Source: Escherichia coli
GTDB taxonomy: Bacteria > Pseudomonadota > Gammaproteobacteria > Enterobacterales > Enterobacteriaceae
Length of the DNA: 284 bases
NCBI RefSeq assembly: GCF_003334385.1
Contig: NZ_QOWN01000214.1
Reading direction: 5' to 3' (one strand)
The position numbers and the translations under genes were made by a program. Positions within the stretch are counted from its first letter, which is position 1, and every line of letters starts with the position of its first letter. Under the pieces are notes generated by a model, which worked only from the letters and a program-made list of their open reading frames with translations, did not search any database and was not told the origin of the DNA. Of this stretch, positions 1 through 284 are shown piece after piece.

Positions 1-284
1 TGTCTGTTCGGCCCGGCCTTACTGGCTGGCTATATCACCGAACGCATAACCCGGTTGTTCCATATTCGCTGGCTGGCAGGCGTATTTCTGACGATTGCCG
101 GAATGATCATCAGCTTCATGTGGGGACTTGATGGTAAACATATCGCGCTGGAGGCTCACACCTTTGACTCTGTGAAATTTATTCTGACCACCGCTCTCGC
201 CGGTGGTCTGCTGGCTGTTCCCCTGCAGATCAAAAACATTCAGCAGAACGGGATCACACCAGAAGATATCAGCAAGGAAATTAA
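1..284 (+). CDS. Internal fragment of a gene for a predicted integral membrane protein (possible transporter or permease; family not identified). Partial at both ends; reading frame phase 1, last complete codon at 280-282.
   Basis: Seen in sequence: frame +1 is open for all 94 codons, while + frames 2 and 3 have stops at 47-49 (taa) and 129-131 (tga). The translation has one ~20-residue hydrophobic segment (WLAGVFLTIAGMIISFMWGL, codons 24-43), a second of ~16 residues (FILTTALAGGLLAVPL, codons 60-75), and the tail of another at the 5' edge (CLFGPALLAGYI). A short basic loop (TERITRLFHIR) between the first two fits the positive-inside rule for a cytoplasmic loop. Codon usage is strongly CTG-biased for Leu (9 of 13), typical of highly used enterobacterial codons. 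Inference: membrane protein; the exact family would need a homology search. Confidence 0.7.

Noticed and set aside
22-77. 9-bp direct repeat ctggctggc at 22-30 and 69-77, with a related ctgctggctg at 208-217.
   Set aside because: The repeats arise from Leu-Ala-Gly-rich hydrophobic coding sequence (CTG/GCT/GGC codons) and occur in different codon phases. There is no spacer regularity, so they are not CRISPR repeats or mobile-element ends.
103-105. In-frame ATG codons at 103-105 (M35) and 118-120 (M40) as possible translation starts.
   Set aside because: The frame is open and coherently hydrophobic upstream of both, they sit in the middle of a predicted transmembrane helix, and no Shine-Dalgarno-like purine-rich motif precedes them. 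They are internal methionines.
199-207. Chi-like sequence gccggtgg (one mismatch from the E. coli Chi site GCTGGTGG).
   Set aside because: It is not an exact Chi octamer, and Chi activity requires the exact sequence; this is a coincidental near-match inside GC-rich coding sequence.
22-282. Long open reading frame on the - strand (about 87 sense codons from 282 down to 22, ending with stop taa whose complement lies at + 19-21), antisense to the + strand ORF.
   Set aside because: It is a shadow ORF in the frame antisense to a CTG/GCN-rich coding sequence. Its translation (NFLADIFWCDPVLLNVFDLQGNSQQTTGESGGQNKFHRVKGVSLQRDMFTIKSPHEADDHSGNRQKYACQPANMEQPGYAFGDIASQ) is polar and low-complexity, with no membrane-like or domain-like character, whereas the + frame gives a coherent membrane-protein sequence with host-typical codon usage.
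280-284. The terminal 'ttaa' could look like a stop codon (taa at 282-284).
   Set aside because: That taa is in frame +3, not the coding frame +1 (last full codon att at 280-282, followed by a partial 'aa'). The ORF continues beyond the window.

Overview
This 284-bp window appears to be entirely internal to a single protein-coding gene on the + strand, read in frame 1 (codons starting at position 1). That frame is open across the whole window (94 complete codons, no stop), and the other two + frames contain stops (taa at 47-49; tga at 129-131). The translation is CLFGPALLAGYITERITRLFHIRWLAGVFLTIAGMIISFMWGLDGKHIALEAHTFDSVKFILTTALAGGLLAVPLQIKNIQQNGITPEDISKEI. It reads as an integral membrane protein: hydrophobic stretches separated by short charged loops, then a hydrophilic stretch at the 3' end. 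Both gene ends lie outside the window, so no start, stop, promoter, RBS or terminator is visible. GC content is about 51% by hand count and 9 of 13 Leu codons are CTG, which fits an Enterobacteriaceae-like host. I cannot assign a protein family or gene symbol from memory. I see no RNA gene, CRISPR repeat, mobile-element end or regulatory site that I can support. Despite the prompt, nothing here supports a novel biological system; the window is too short and sits wholly inside one ordinary-looking membrane-protein ORF.
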